Of a stretch of 37,140 nt of DNA, positions 18,589 through 26,257 are shown in pieces; position 1 is the stretch's first letter; each line of letters begins with the position of its first letter. The translations under genes were made by a program, and so were the position numbers. The stretch covers positions 1-37,140 of IMG/VR virus record IMGVR_UViG_3300028422_001987; one strand, given 5' to 3'. Origin of the DNA: a virus (taxonomy: Duplodnaviria; Caudoviricetes). The notes beneath the pieces were generated by a model that was not told where the DNA came from, did not search any database, and saw only the letters and a list, made by a program, of their open reading frames with translations.

Positions 18589-18936
18589 TTATGGGTGCTG
18601 CGAGACGGCTGCTTCCGTGGTCTCGTCCCGCCGCCGGCCCGTGATGCCCTGCCAGGGACGAACCGGGTGGAGCGGGCAGCTTTGGCGGGGGCAGTCGCGC
18701 ACCCGGAGCTTGGGGCCGGGATCAGCGTTCTCGCCCGCGCAGTGGAAGCACATCGCTCGGATTGCGGGCTCAAGCGGACGGCGCCCCCTCCCATCGATGT
18801 ACGGCCGCACAGGGCGCAACGGGCAGCGCTCTACCGAGCACTCACGGATCAGGGAGGGGGTGTTAACGTTGGCACCGTCACCCATGCAATCGATGCACAT
18901 GGCGCGAACGGCTTTGGGACGGCTGCGGGTGCTCAT
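18589..18936 (-). CDS. Tandem C4 zinc-finger protein
   Basis: Two copies of A(V/I)RAMCxxC...RxCxxxxCPLxPVRP. Confidence 0.8.
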   Translation of the reverse strand: MSTRSRPKAVRAMCIDCMGDGANVNTPSLIRECSVERCPLRPVRPYIDGRGRRPLEPAIRAMCFHCAGENADPGPKLRVRDCPRQSCPLHPVRPWQGITGRRRDETTEAAVSQHP

Positions 18937-19214
18937 GCCTGCACCTCTCTATAGATTTCTGGACCGAGCAGCTGGTACAGGGCCAGCTGCCGGTGGACAT
19001 CGGCGGCCCAGGCGAGGGCGGCGACATCATCGTCGCTCTCTGCCATGAGGGCGGCGCCGTCGAAGGTGGCGGCGTGGAGGTCGAGGCGCTGCTGTACGGC
19101 CTCGTTGTGATAGGTACCCTGGGGCGGCAGCGTCCACCAGTACGTCAGGATGGACTGCACCCGCGGGCTGATGCAGGGCCAGGATGGCGTTGTGCAAAGG
19201 GTCACGTCGGTCAT
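18933..19214 (-). CDS. Hypothetical protein
   Basis: ATGA coupling on both sides. Confidence 0.7.
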   Translation of the reverse strand: MTDVTLCTTPSWPCISPRVQSILTYWWTLPPQGTYHNEAVQQRLDLHAATFDGAALMAESDDDVAALAWAADVHRQLALYQLLGPEIYREVQA

Positions 19215-19453
19215 GACGCGGCCCTCCGGCTGTCGAAACGTTTATTCAACCGAGAGGTGTAGCGCCCGTTGGGGAACAGCTCGCTGATGGCGCGCCCGGT
19301 CTTGCGGGCGATGAAGGTAGCGACTGGCCGTGAGGTGGCCTTGCCGTGGATAACCTTGCTGACCAGGCCACGGGAGACCTTGAGATGTTTGGCGACCTTG
19401 GCAGAGGGCCAGCCAGCCTTTACCATCGCCGCGATGATGTCGGCATGATGCAC
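19211..19453 (-). CDS. ner: Ner/Cro-like HTH regulator
   Basis: AAGGAGG RBS, GTG at 19453. HHADIIAAM...VSRGLVSKVIHG...ISELFPNGRY. Divergent from the repressor. Confidence 0.85.
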   Translation of the reverse strand: MHHADIIAAMVKAGWPSAKVAKHLKVSRGLVSKVIHGKATSRPVATFIARKTGRAISELFPNGRYTSRLNKRFDSRRAAS

Positions 19454-19540
19454 GGGGAGTGCCTCCTTTCGGCATTTGGGGCGGTCTGGCAGGACCGCCG
19501 TTTTTTGGGTCTGGTAACTCAACAAGTTGAGCTGGGGGTG

Positions 19541-19569
19541 ATTGTGGGGACAGAAATGTCCCCTGTCAA
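19541..19569 (-). promoter_or_regulatory. Sigma70 early promoter
   Basis: TTGACA (19569-19564), 17-nt spacer, CACAAT (19546-19541), upstream of ner. Confidence 0.8.
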
Positions 19570-19593
19570 TGGCTATGGAGAACATTTCTGTCC
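19546..19593. promoter_or_regulatory. Putative repressor operators
   Basis: Palindrome GGGGACA-gaaa-TGTCCCC (19546-19563) fills the promoter spacer. An inverted 12-bp copy ACATTTCTGTCC lies at 19582-19593. Confidence 0.7.
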
Positions 19594-19937
19594 ACTCGCG
19601 TTTGCGGGAGGAGAGGACGCGACTTGGGCTCGAACAGAAGACGGTCGCCGCTGCGTGCGATGTTGCGCCGAAGACCGTGAGCCGATGGGAAAGCGCGATC
19701 CCTATTCCCGCGGACAAGCTGGCGGTACTGGAGCCCCTAGGCTTCGACGTGCTCTATGTGGTGAGTGGGCGGCACGCGGTCGCCGCCGGGGCAAGCGAGC
19801 TATGCCCACGAGACGCCGACGAGGCGCAATGGGTGCGCTATTGGCGGGCGATCCGCCCGGAGGACCGGCGCTTCGTGGTGGTCACGGTGCGGGCCTGGGC
19901 CACGTCGCAGGACAACGCGGGGCAGGACACGGGCTGA
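19575..19937 (+). CDS. Prophage repressor (XRE HTH)
   Basis: RLREERTRLGLEQ...KTVSRWE...GFDVLYVVSG. Start is 19569 or 19575. Confidence 0.9.
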   Translation: MENISVHSRLREERTRLGLEQKTVAAACDVAPKTVSRWESAIPIPADKLAVLEPLGFDVLYVVSGRHAVAAGASELCPRDADEAQWVRYWRAIRPEDRRFVVVTVRAWATSQDNAGQDTG

Positions 19938-19988
19938 TTTCCAAACGTTTGGACAGGGGCTCGGTGAATAAACGTTTCGACAGTGGCC

Positions 19989-20165
19989 TCAGCGCACCGG
20001 GTGCAGATGGGGCGGGCGGCGGCTGGGTGAGGTGAGCAGCCGCGCGACAGCGGCTTCGTAGGCGCGCAGCTGGTTCTGATCGGCCGTCAGCTCGATGGCT
20101 AGCTTGTACAGCAGCGCAAACTGGTTGGCGACGATTCGCCTGATCTGGTCGTGGTCGGTATCCAA
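19989..20165 (-). CDS. Small hypothetical protein (58 aa, not in the ORF track)
   Basis: Hand translation from TTG: MDTDHDQIRRIVANQFALLYKLAIELTADQNQLRAYEAAVARLLTSPSRRPPHLHPVR. Start uncertain. Confidence 0.45.
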   Translation of the reverse strand: MDTDHDQIRRIVANQFALLYKLAIELTADQNQLRAYEAAVARLLTSPSRRPPHLHPVR

Positions 20166-20277
20166 GGCATCATGCAGCGACCAGGACCCAGGGGGCTGCT
20201 TGCCCCCCTTGAGATAAGCCGGTCGCGTCCGTAGGTCGCGGCCGGAAATTGGACCACATCACGAGAGGGAGAGGGAG

Positions 20278-20763
20278 ATGGAGATGAACAAACGGGTTCA
20301 CGCCGCCGCCACGGTGGCCCTGGGAGTCGCGCTGTGGAGTTCCGCCCAGGCGGAGATCTACAAATGCACCGTCAACGGTAAGACTGCCTACTCTGAGCGC
20401 CCCTGTGGGGCCGATGCGGAGACGGTACAGATTAAGGTGGCGCCTGTAGATCAGGCTGCAAAGGAGGCCGCCCAGCAGAGGATCAGCGCCCTCGGTACCC
20501 GTGTCCAAGCCGATCAGATCCGCACAAAGATCAGCAGTTTGGAATCTGAGATCAACGCACTCAACCGCAAACGCGAAGCCGATCTCCAACGCATCGCAGC
20601 AAAGAAAACCCGCGCCGCGAACAACCTCGCCGGCGCAACCTGGGAGCAGTCTCTCTCGACCGAAATGGACGCCACCAACAGGAAGTACGACAGTTTGATC
20701 AGCTTGAAGCAGGGCGAACTGGAGCGGACCCGCGAGGAGTTGGCCAGGGTGGAGGGGCAATGA
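20278..20763 (+). CDS. Exported DUF4124-like protein with coiled coil
   Basis: Signal peptide ending AQA, then EIYKCTVNGKTAYSERPC. Purine-rich RBS. Confidence 0.8.
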   Translation: MEMNKRVHAAATVALGVALWSSAQAEIYKCTVNGKTAYSERPCGADAETVQIKVAPVDQAAKEAAQQRISALGTRVQADQIRTKISSLESEINALNRKREADLQRIAAKKTRAANNLAGATWEQSLSTEMDATNRKYDSLISLKQGELERTREELARVEGQ

Positions 20764-20807
20764 ATCAGGAGCCACCCATTCATTGGTACGGGGGGATGGG
20801 GCGCAGG

Positions 20808-21017
20808 TCATTCGTCGCCTGGGCGCAGGGTTTCGTACATGAGAGCGAGGGGCACGCGGGCGAACTCAATATCGAGTACCAGGGCGGTCTCTTCGCTGTC
20901 CGGCAGCCCTTCGGGAAGGGTCGCCATCCTCGCCGCCAGCATGTCGAAGCGTTTCCTTGCTTCGGCAAAGAAGAATTTCAGGTCAGTCACCTTCATTTCA
21001 GGAACGGAGTCGCACAT
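20808..21017 (-). CDS. Small hypothetical protein
   Basis: Helical, acidic 62-69 aa ORF. Competes with + ORF 20760-21053. Confidence 0.4.
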   Translation of the reverse strand: MCDSVPEMKVTDLKFFFAEARKRFDMLAARMATLPEGLPDSEETALVLDIEFARVPLALMYETLRPGDE

Positions 21018-21243
21018 GGGATTTCACTCTCCTCTCGAAACCACGGACCTTGAGAGCCGCCTCAAGGATCGGATGAACAGGCTGTTGCATGCCGTGCGCG
21101 GCCGGGAGTTGGCTGCGGACGAAGTGGAACTGCACAAGTATCCAGAAGATCACCGGTGGGTTGACTCCCGGTCGGTGCGTCTCGCCGTCGATGAATTCAG
21201 CGCGATCCTGAAAGAGGTGAAGAAGGCGCTGGGGAAGAGTTGA
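21016..21243 (+). CDS. Small hypothetical protein (75 aa)
   Basis: GGAG 6 nt before the ATG at 21016. Protein-like composition. Confidence 0.6.
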   Translation: MGFHSPLETTDLESRLKDRMNRLLHAVRGRELAADEVELHKYPEDHRWVDSRSVRLAVDEFSAILKEVKKALGKS

Positions 21244-21323
21244 CTCAATCCGCGTTCACCTCGTCGGCTTGACGGCGCCGCCCAGAAGCCGCCACCCTAA
21301 ACAAGCACCGGGGTAATCTCTGC

Positions 21324-21370
21324 GGGGGAAACCTTTCCCCCTCCTCCCGTCCCCACCCTCACCGCATCAT
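21324..21370 (+). promoter_or_regulatory. Putative Mor/C-activated late promoter (head/tail operon)
   Basis: GGGGGAAaccTTTCCCCCTCCTC-N18-CATCAT, 20/23 identical to the box at 9166-9188. Confidence 0.75.
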
Positions 21371-21376
21371 GCGCTC

Positions 21377-22507
21377 ATGAAAGAGCGCACCCACACCACC
21401 CCCCGCGGACTCGACGCCTGGGTCGAGATCTTCCGCGCCGGCCGGCAGACCGCCGGCAACGGCACCGAGATCGAATTCTCCACCGCCGATCTCGATCAGA
21501 TCATCGATAGCCATGCCGCGGGTTGGCGGGCACCGCTTGTAATCGGCCACCCCAAGCACAACGATCCCGCCTACGGCTGGGTCGAGTCGCTCAAGCGTGA
21601 CGGCGACTCACTTTTTGCCAAGTTCCGCGACATCACCCCGGAGTTCGCCGCCGCCGTCGAGGCAGGCCACTACAGCAGCCGGTCGGTGCGTCTCGTCAAA
21701 GACAAGGGGCGCTGGCTCATTGACCACGTTGGCTTCCTCGGCGCCAAGCGCCCGGCCATCCCGCTCGCCCCACTCAACTACGAAGCGCCCCAGGGCGAAA
21801 TCTTCGACTTCTCCACCGGCTCCGCCCGTGCCCTGGAGATGATCGCCCGCGGCTTCCGCCGCCTGCGCGAACTCCTCATCGACAAATTCGACCGCGAGAC
21901 GGCCGACGCCGCCCTCTCCGAATGGGAGCTGGAAGAGATCGCTCGGCTCGCCGCGGATGAGTACACCGTTCAGCCCAATCAGTTCACCGCACCAGGAGCA
22001 GATGCCATGAGTTTCACCCAGGAGGACATTGACGCGGCCAAGGCTGCCGGCCGCGCCGAAGCCGAGACCGCCGCCCAGGCGGAACAGATGCGCCTTTCCA
22101 ATCAGCTCGCCTCAGAGCGCCGTGAGCGGCGTAACGCCGAGTTCCAAGCCCACTACAACCGACTGGTGGACGCGGGACACGCGCCCGCCAAACTATCCGG
22201 CTTCATGGACTTCATGCACGCCATTGATGCGCTGGAAAACGCCACCTTCGAGTTCAGCGCCGCCGACGGCACAAAGAAAACGGGCCAGCTCGTACAGTGG
22301 TTCATCGACTTCGCCTCCGCCATGCCGCCCGATGTCACCCCTGGCAAGACAGACACCGGCGCCGGCGCCGACTCCATCATCGACACCAGCGACGCCGAGG
22401 CCATAGCTCGCGCCGCAGCGGATTTCCAGGCGGCAGAAGAGCGTGCCGGCCGGACCATCTCGGTGTCTGCCGCCGTTGCCCACGTCATGAAGGGGAAGAC
22501 GGCATGA
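21377..22507 (+). CDS. Prohead protease/scaffold (Mu I/Z-like)
   Basis: WVEIFRAG, APLVIGHP...PAYGWV and HVGFLGA. In-frame internal ATG at 22007 with AGGAG. Confidence 0.9.
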   Translation: MKERTHTTPRGLDAWVEIFRAGRQTAGNGTEIEFSTADLDQIIDSHAAGWRAPLVIGHPKHNDPAYGWVESLKRDGDSLFAKFRDITPEFAAAVEAGHYSSRSVRLVKDKGRWLIDHVGFLGAKRPAIPLAPLNYEAPQGEIFDFSTGSARALEMIARGFRRLRELLIDKFDRETADAALSEWELEEIARLAADEYTVQPNQFTAPGADAMSFTQEDIDAAKAAGRAEAETAAQAEQMRLSNQLASERRERRNAEFQAHYNRLVDAGHAPAKLSGFMDFMHAIDALENATFEFSAADGTKKTGQLVQWFIDFASAMPPDVTPGKTDTGAGADSIIDTSDAEAIARAAADFQAAEERAGRTISVSAAVAHVMKGKTA

Positions 22508-23091
22508 ACCTGATGCTGACCAAGAACCGCGTGGCCGACGCCGCCATCAATCCCTACCGCCTGGCGAAACACGGCGCCGCCGATGGCGCCGTGTTGCAGG
22601 CCGCTGGTGCCACCGATGCCATCTGCGGCGTCTCGGGCGAGCTGGGTGCCGACACCGGTGAGCGTGTCGACATCCACACCCACGGGATTGCGGAAGTGGA
22701 GTTCGGCGGCACCATCACCCGCGGCCAGGCGGTGACTGCCGATGTCAACGGCAAAGCAGTGGCCGCGACCGCGCCCCAAATACACCAGACGGTGATTGCC
22801 GGCGGCGGCGCCGGAAATCACACCGTGACCGGCATCGCCACTACCGACACCCTCATCTCGGTAATGCACCTCGATGCCACCGACGCCTCCGAGACCGCAG
22901 CTGATCTAACCGCTGAGTTCGAGGCGCCTGCGCCAGACACCATTGCCAACGTCGGTGGGACCGACACTACCGGCGGGTATCTGGTGGTGACCTACCGCAA
23001 TCCCGCAGTGCGCATCGCCGGGTTCGCCGAAGTATCCGGCAGCACCGGCGACATCGCTGAGGTGTTGCTGGCCCCCGGCGTGCTGAGCTAA
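22504..23091 (+). CDS. Capsid decoration/cement protein (DUF2190-like) with internal insertion
   Basis: VEFGGTITRGQAVTADVNGKAVAA...GDIAEVLL. Lies between protease and capsid. Confidence 0.8.
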   Translation: MNLMLTKNRVADAAINPYRLAKHGAADGAVLQAAGATDAICGVSGELGADTGERVDIHTHGIAEVEFGGTITRGQAVTADVNGKAVAATAPQIHQTVIAGGGAGNHTVTGIATTDTLISVMHLDATDASETAADLTAEFEAPAPDTIANVGGTDTTGGYLVVTYRNPAVRIAGFAEVSGSTGDIAEVLLAPGVLS

Positions 23092-23107
23092 CGAAGAGGA
23101 TCAAGAG

Positions 23108-24034
23108 ATGAGCCAGGCCCCGTTCCCGATCCAGCCGCACCTGACCGCGATTGCCATCGCCTACCGCAATCGCCGTCTGATAGCCGACCAGGTAATGCCC
23201 CGTGTGCCGGTAGGCAAGCAGGAGTTCAAGTACCTGAAACATGCGATGGCCGAAGGATTTACCATCCCGGACACCAAAGTCGGACGCCGCAGCAAGCCCG
23301 GCGAAGTGACCTTTTCCGCGACCGACGTGACCGCCTCCACGGTCGATTACGGCCTGGATGCGCCGATCCCACAGGCGGACATAGACAACGCACCGCCCAA
23401 CCACGATCCGCGCGCCAAGGCCGTCGAGCAGGTGACCAACCTCATCGAACTTGACCGCGAGGTGCGGGTGGCGAACGTGATGTTCAACGCCCACAACTAC
23501 GCGGTGGCGAACAAGGATCAACTGAGCGGCACCGACCAGTTTAGCCACGCCGACAGCCACCCCATCAAGCTTCTCACCGAGGTGATGGATTCGATGCTGA
23601 TGCGGCCCACCGCAGCCGTGATCGGCCGGCCCGCATTTTCCTACCTCGCCCAGCATCCCGATGTGGTGAAGGCATTCCACGGAAACTCTGGCGATGCGGG
23701 CATCGTGCCGGCAGCATTCATCGCGCAGTTGCTGGAGCTGGAGGAATTGATCGTCGGCGAGGCGTTCGTCAACACCGCACGCAAGGGACAGGCCGCCGTG
23801 ATGGCCCGCTGCTGGGGCAAGCACATGGCATTCATGTACCGCGACAAACTGGCGGATGCGTCGAGCGGCACCACCTTCGCCCTCACCGCACAGTTCGGCG
23901 GGCGCGTCGCGGGCTCGATCCACGATCCCGATATCGGATTGCGGGGTGGTGAGCGGGTGCGCGTCGGTGAGAGTGTCGCGGAGCTGATCACCGCGCCGGA
24001 CCTCGGCTACTTACTGCAAGACGTGGTGGCCTGA
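23108..24034 (+). CDS. Major capsid protein
   Basis: APFPIQPHLTAIAIAYRN..LIADQVMPRVPV, LDREVRVA. 308 aa, expected position. Confidence 0.92.
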   Translation: MSQAPFPIQPHLTAIAIAYRNRRLIADQVMPRVPVGKQEFKYLKHAMAEGFTIPDTKVGRRSKPGEVTFSATDVTASTVDYGLDAPIPQADIDNAPPNHDPRAKAVEQVTNLIELDREVRVANVMFNAHNYAVANKDQLSGTDQFSHADSHPIKLLTEVMDSMLMRPTAAVIGRPAFSYLAQHPDVVKAFHGNSGDAGIVPAAFIAQLLELEELIVGEAFVNTARKGQAAVMARCWGKHMAFMYRDKLADASSGTTFALTAQFGGRVAGSIHDPDIGLRGGERVRVGESVAELITAPDLGYLLQDVVA

Positions 24035-24035
24035 T

Positions 24036-24278
24036 ATGCCCCGCTATACCGTACGCATGAACCTGCGGCATGACGGCCGGCGCTACCTCTCCGGCTCGCA
24101 TGTCGAGTTGCCGGAAGATGTCGGGGAGCCGCTTCAGCTGAAGGGCGTGTTGGGTGATCCGGAGCCCGAGCCCGAGCCCGAGACTCCGGAGCGACAGGCT
24201 GAACCGCCGGAGCAGCAGCCAGAGGCTCCGGAGCGGCCGGGCGATCCGCCGACGGCCAAACCGAAAGGACGGCGATAA
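24036..24278 (+). CDS. Small head-associated protein
   Basis: LRHDGRRY..G..VEL followed by a PE-rich tail. Directly after the capsid gene. Confidence 0.7.
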   Translation: MPRYTVRMNLRHDGRRYLSGSHVELPEDVGEPLQLKGVLGDPEPEPEPETPERQAEPPEQQPEAPERPGDPPTAKPKGRR

Positions 24279-24281
24279 GCC

Positions 24282-24773
24282 ATGCCGTACGCGACCCCCT
24301 CCGACCTACTCATCCTCGGCGCCGACCAGCTCGCACAGCTGGCGGAGCCGGATGACGCGGCCGTCACGGGCGACCTGCTCCGCGCCACCATCGACGGGGC
24401 CGACCGCTCCGCCTGGAGCGCCGAGGATCGCACGCTCGCAGATGAGGCGCTGGGCCGCATCGTCAAAGAAATTTCGAGCGCCTCCGCACGCATCGACAGC
24501 TATTTGGCGCCCAGATATCCCCTGCCGCTGTCTGCCGAATTGGTCGCCGGCGCCGACCTGCGCCGAGTCTGCACCGACCTGGTCTGGTACCGGCTGCATG
24601 TCGGCGAGCCGCCGAAACACGTGGCCGACCGCCACCGCGACCACATCGCTTGGCTGCTCGATGTGAGCCGCGGCCGCGCCAGCCTCGGCGCCCAGGACAC
24701 CGCCACCGCCGCTCCCGATGGGCGCGTGGTGGCGCGGTCCGGGGTGAGCCGCATTGACTGGACGCGATTCTGA
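24282..24773 (+). CDS. Head-tail adaptor (Mu gp36/DUF1320)
   Basis: MPYAT..DL, ASARIDSYL..RYPLPL and WLLDVSRGRASLG. Confidence 0.9.
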   Translation: MPYATPSDLLILGADQLAQLAEPDDAAVTGDLLRATIDGADRSAWSAEDRTLADEALGRIVKEISSASARIDSYLAPRYPLPLSAELVAGADLRRVCTDLVWYRLHVGEPPKHVADRHRDHIAWLLDVSRGRASLGAQDTATAAPDGRVVARSGVSRIDWTRF

Positions 24774-25198
24774 TGTTGGAGGCGGGGCCGCTCATCGTGG
24801 CGAGGTTGGAAGAGCGGCTGGCGGCAATTACTCCGCGTCCGCGCGTGTTGACTGCTGCGGACTTGTCCGGAGTGGTCGAGAGTAAGCAGCCAAGCCCGGC
24901 TGTGCACGTTGTTTTCGGCGGCCACAAAGTCGACGCAGTGCACGGCACAGGCCGAATCACTGAGATGACTCTCACCTGGTTGACCGTAGTAGCTATTCGC
25001 AATGCACGTCCCCGCAGCGACGAGATGCACGTTGATGCTGGGGTCCTGATGGATGCGGTATATGAAGCCCTCGCTGGATGGCGAATCGGGGACAACCTTG
25101 GGCACCTCGTCGCAGTAACGCCGCCGAAGGCAGGACACAGCGCCGGGTTCGGATATTACCCGCTCGCGTGGACGCATCAGCGAATAGCGCGAGCCTGA
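24773..25198 (+). CDS. Tail terminator-like protein (Mu gp37-like)
   Basis: PAVHVVFGG, WLTVVAIRNA, ALAGW and GFGYYPLAW. Follows gp36. Confidence 0.8.
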   Translation: MLEAGPLIVARLEERLAAITPRPRVLTAADLSGVVESKQPSPAVHVVFGGHKVDAVHGTGRITEMTLTWLTVVAIRNARPRSDEMHVDAGVLMDAVYEALAGWRIGDNLGHLVAVTPPKAGHSAGFGYYPLAWTHQRIARA

Positions 25199-25218
25199 TC
25201 CACTACTGGAGAACGTCA

Positions 25219-25389
25219 ATGGCCGAGAAAGCCGACAAGACCGAGGCGGCACCGCCGCAGAAGAAAGTGACCGTGACCATCAAGAAGGACAACCACATCC
25301 ACGCCGGCGTGGCCGTGCCCAAGGGCGCGAAGGTCGAGGTCGACCAGGCCCGCGCAACGCGGATGAGGCAGGCCGGCATCGTCGAGTAG
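25219..25389 (+). CDS. Small virion-region protein
   Basis: GGAG RBS, ATG at 25219. HIHAG....GAKVEV. Confidence 0.7.
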   Translation: MAEKADKTEAAPPQKKVTVTIKKDNHIHAGVAVPKGAKVEVDQARATRMRQAGIVE

Positions 25390-25422
25390 ACAGACCGCAA
25401 ATACCGATTAAGGAGACTGTGA

Positions 25423-26223
25423 ATGGCACATAACCAGATCACTGAAACGTATGGGTACGGCGGCCAGGGCGTTGTCTCTGTCGCCCTGCGCAATGCCCTC
25501 GGCAAGCCGCTTGGGTTTCGCCAGGTTGGCGAGGTGGATGAGCTGAAGATCGCCCTGGATGTCTCGATGGAGTACCTCCGTGAGAACCAGACTGGCAACC
25601 AGGGCAAGATCAAGCGCAGGCGCACCGAGCAGTCCTGCAAGTTGACCGCAAATTGGCTCTCCCGCGAGCGCCAGAACCTGGCCCACCTGCTCTACGGCGA
25701 GAGCGCCGTAGTCGCGGCCGGCAGTGCGACCGATCAGGCCATCACTGCCTTCACCGGCCTCACCATCAGCCTGGGCTATCTCAATGTCTCCAGTGTGGTG
25801 CTGACCTCTGTGGACGGTCTCACCACCTACGACGACTACACCGTCAACCCCGAGTGGGGGTCCATCAACGTTACCGCGGGCGGCGACCTCGCCACCGCCA
25901 TTGCTGCGGCGGTGGCAGCCGAATCCGATGAGGACGGCGGCCTGCCCATCCACGCGGACTTCAGCTTTGGCGACCAGGTGGTGGTTGATGCGTTGACCAC
26001 GATTGCGCCGGACCTGTGGTTGCGCTTCGAGGGCCTGAACGACGTGGAGAGCTCCAAGCCGGTCACGGTGGATGCCTTCCGCTTCGCCTCTGACCCGCTC
26101 AAAGAGCTGGTGCTCGTGAACCCGAAGGGCTTCGCCCCGATGTCCGTCAGCGGCGAGGTAATGTCGGACATGACCCGCCCGGCTGGGAAATCGAAGTTCT
26201 TCGAGTATCGATTCGGCGCCTAA
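25423..26223 (+). CDS. Major tail tube protein (siphovirus type)
   Basis: AAGGAG RBS. GYGGQGVVSV and LRFEGLN...PVTVDAFR. Precedes the tape measure. Confidence 0.85.
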   Translation: MAHNQITETYGYGGQGVVSVALRNALGKPLGFRQVGEVDELKIALDVSMEYLRENQTGNQGKIKRRRTEQSCKLTANWLSRERQNLAHLLYGESAVVAAGSATDQAITAFTGLTISLGYLNVSSVVLTSVDGLTTYDDYTVNPEWGSINVTAGGDLATAIAAAVAAESDEDGGLPIHADFSFGDQVVVDALTTIAPDLWLRFEGLNDVESSKPVTVDAFRFASDPLKELVLVNPKGFAPMSVSGEVMSDMTRPAGKSKFFEYRFGA

Positions 26224-26257
26224 CCTTACCCACTGGCCGCACCCGAGACCACCCCAC

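Larger units (their letters stand above)
19230..19983. repeat. Perfect 19-bp inverted repeat (19230-19248 and 19965-19983) flanking ner and repressor
   Basis: CTGTCGAAACGTTTATTCA and its reverse complement TGAATAAACGTTTCGACAG. The match extends inward by CCGAG/CTCGG with one indel. Confidence 0.9.

Noticed and set aside
20760-21053. + ORF coupled to the DUF4124-like gene
   Set aside because: Reads like the antisense of the minus ORF 20808-21017 and overlaps the 21016 gene. Not excluded, but unsupported.
24160-24200. CCCGAG tandem repeat
   Set aside because: It encodes a PEPEPEPE linker.
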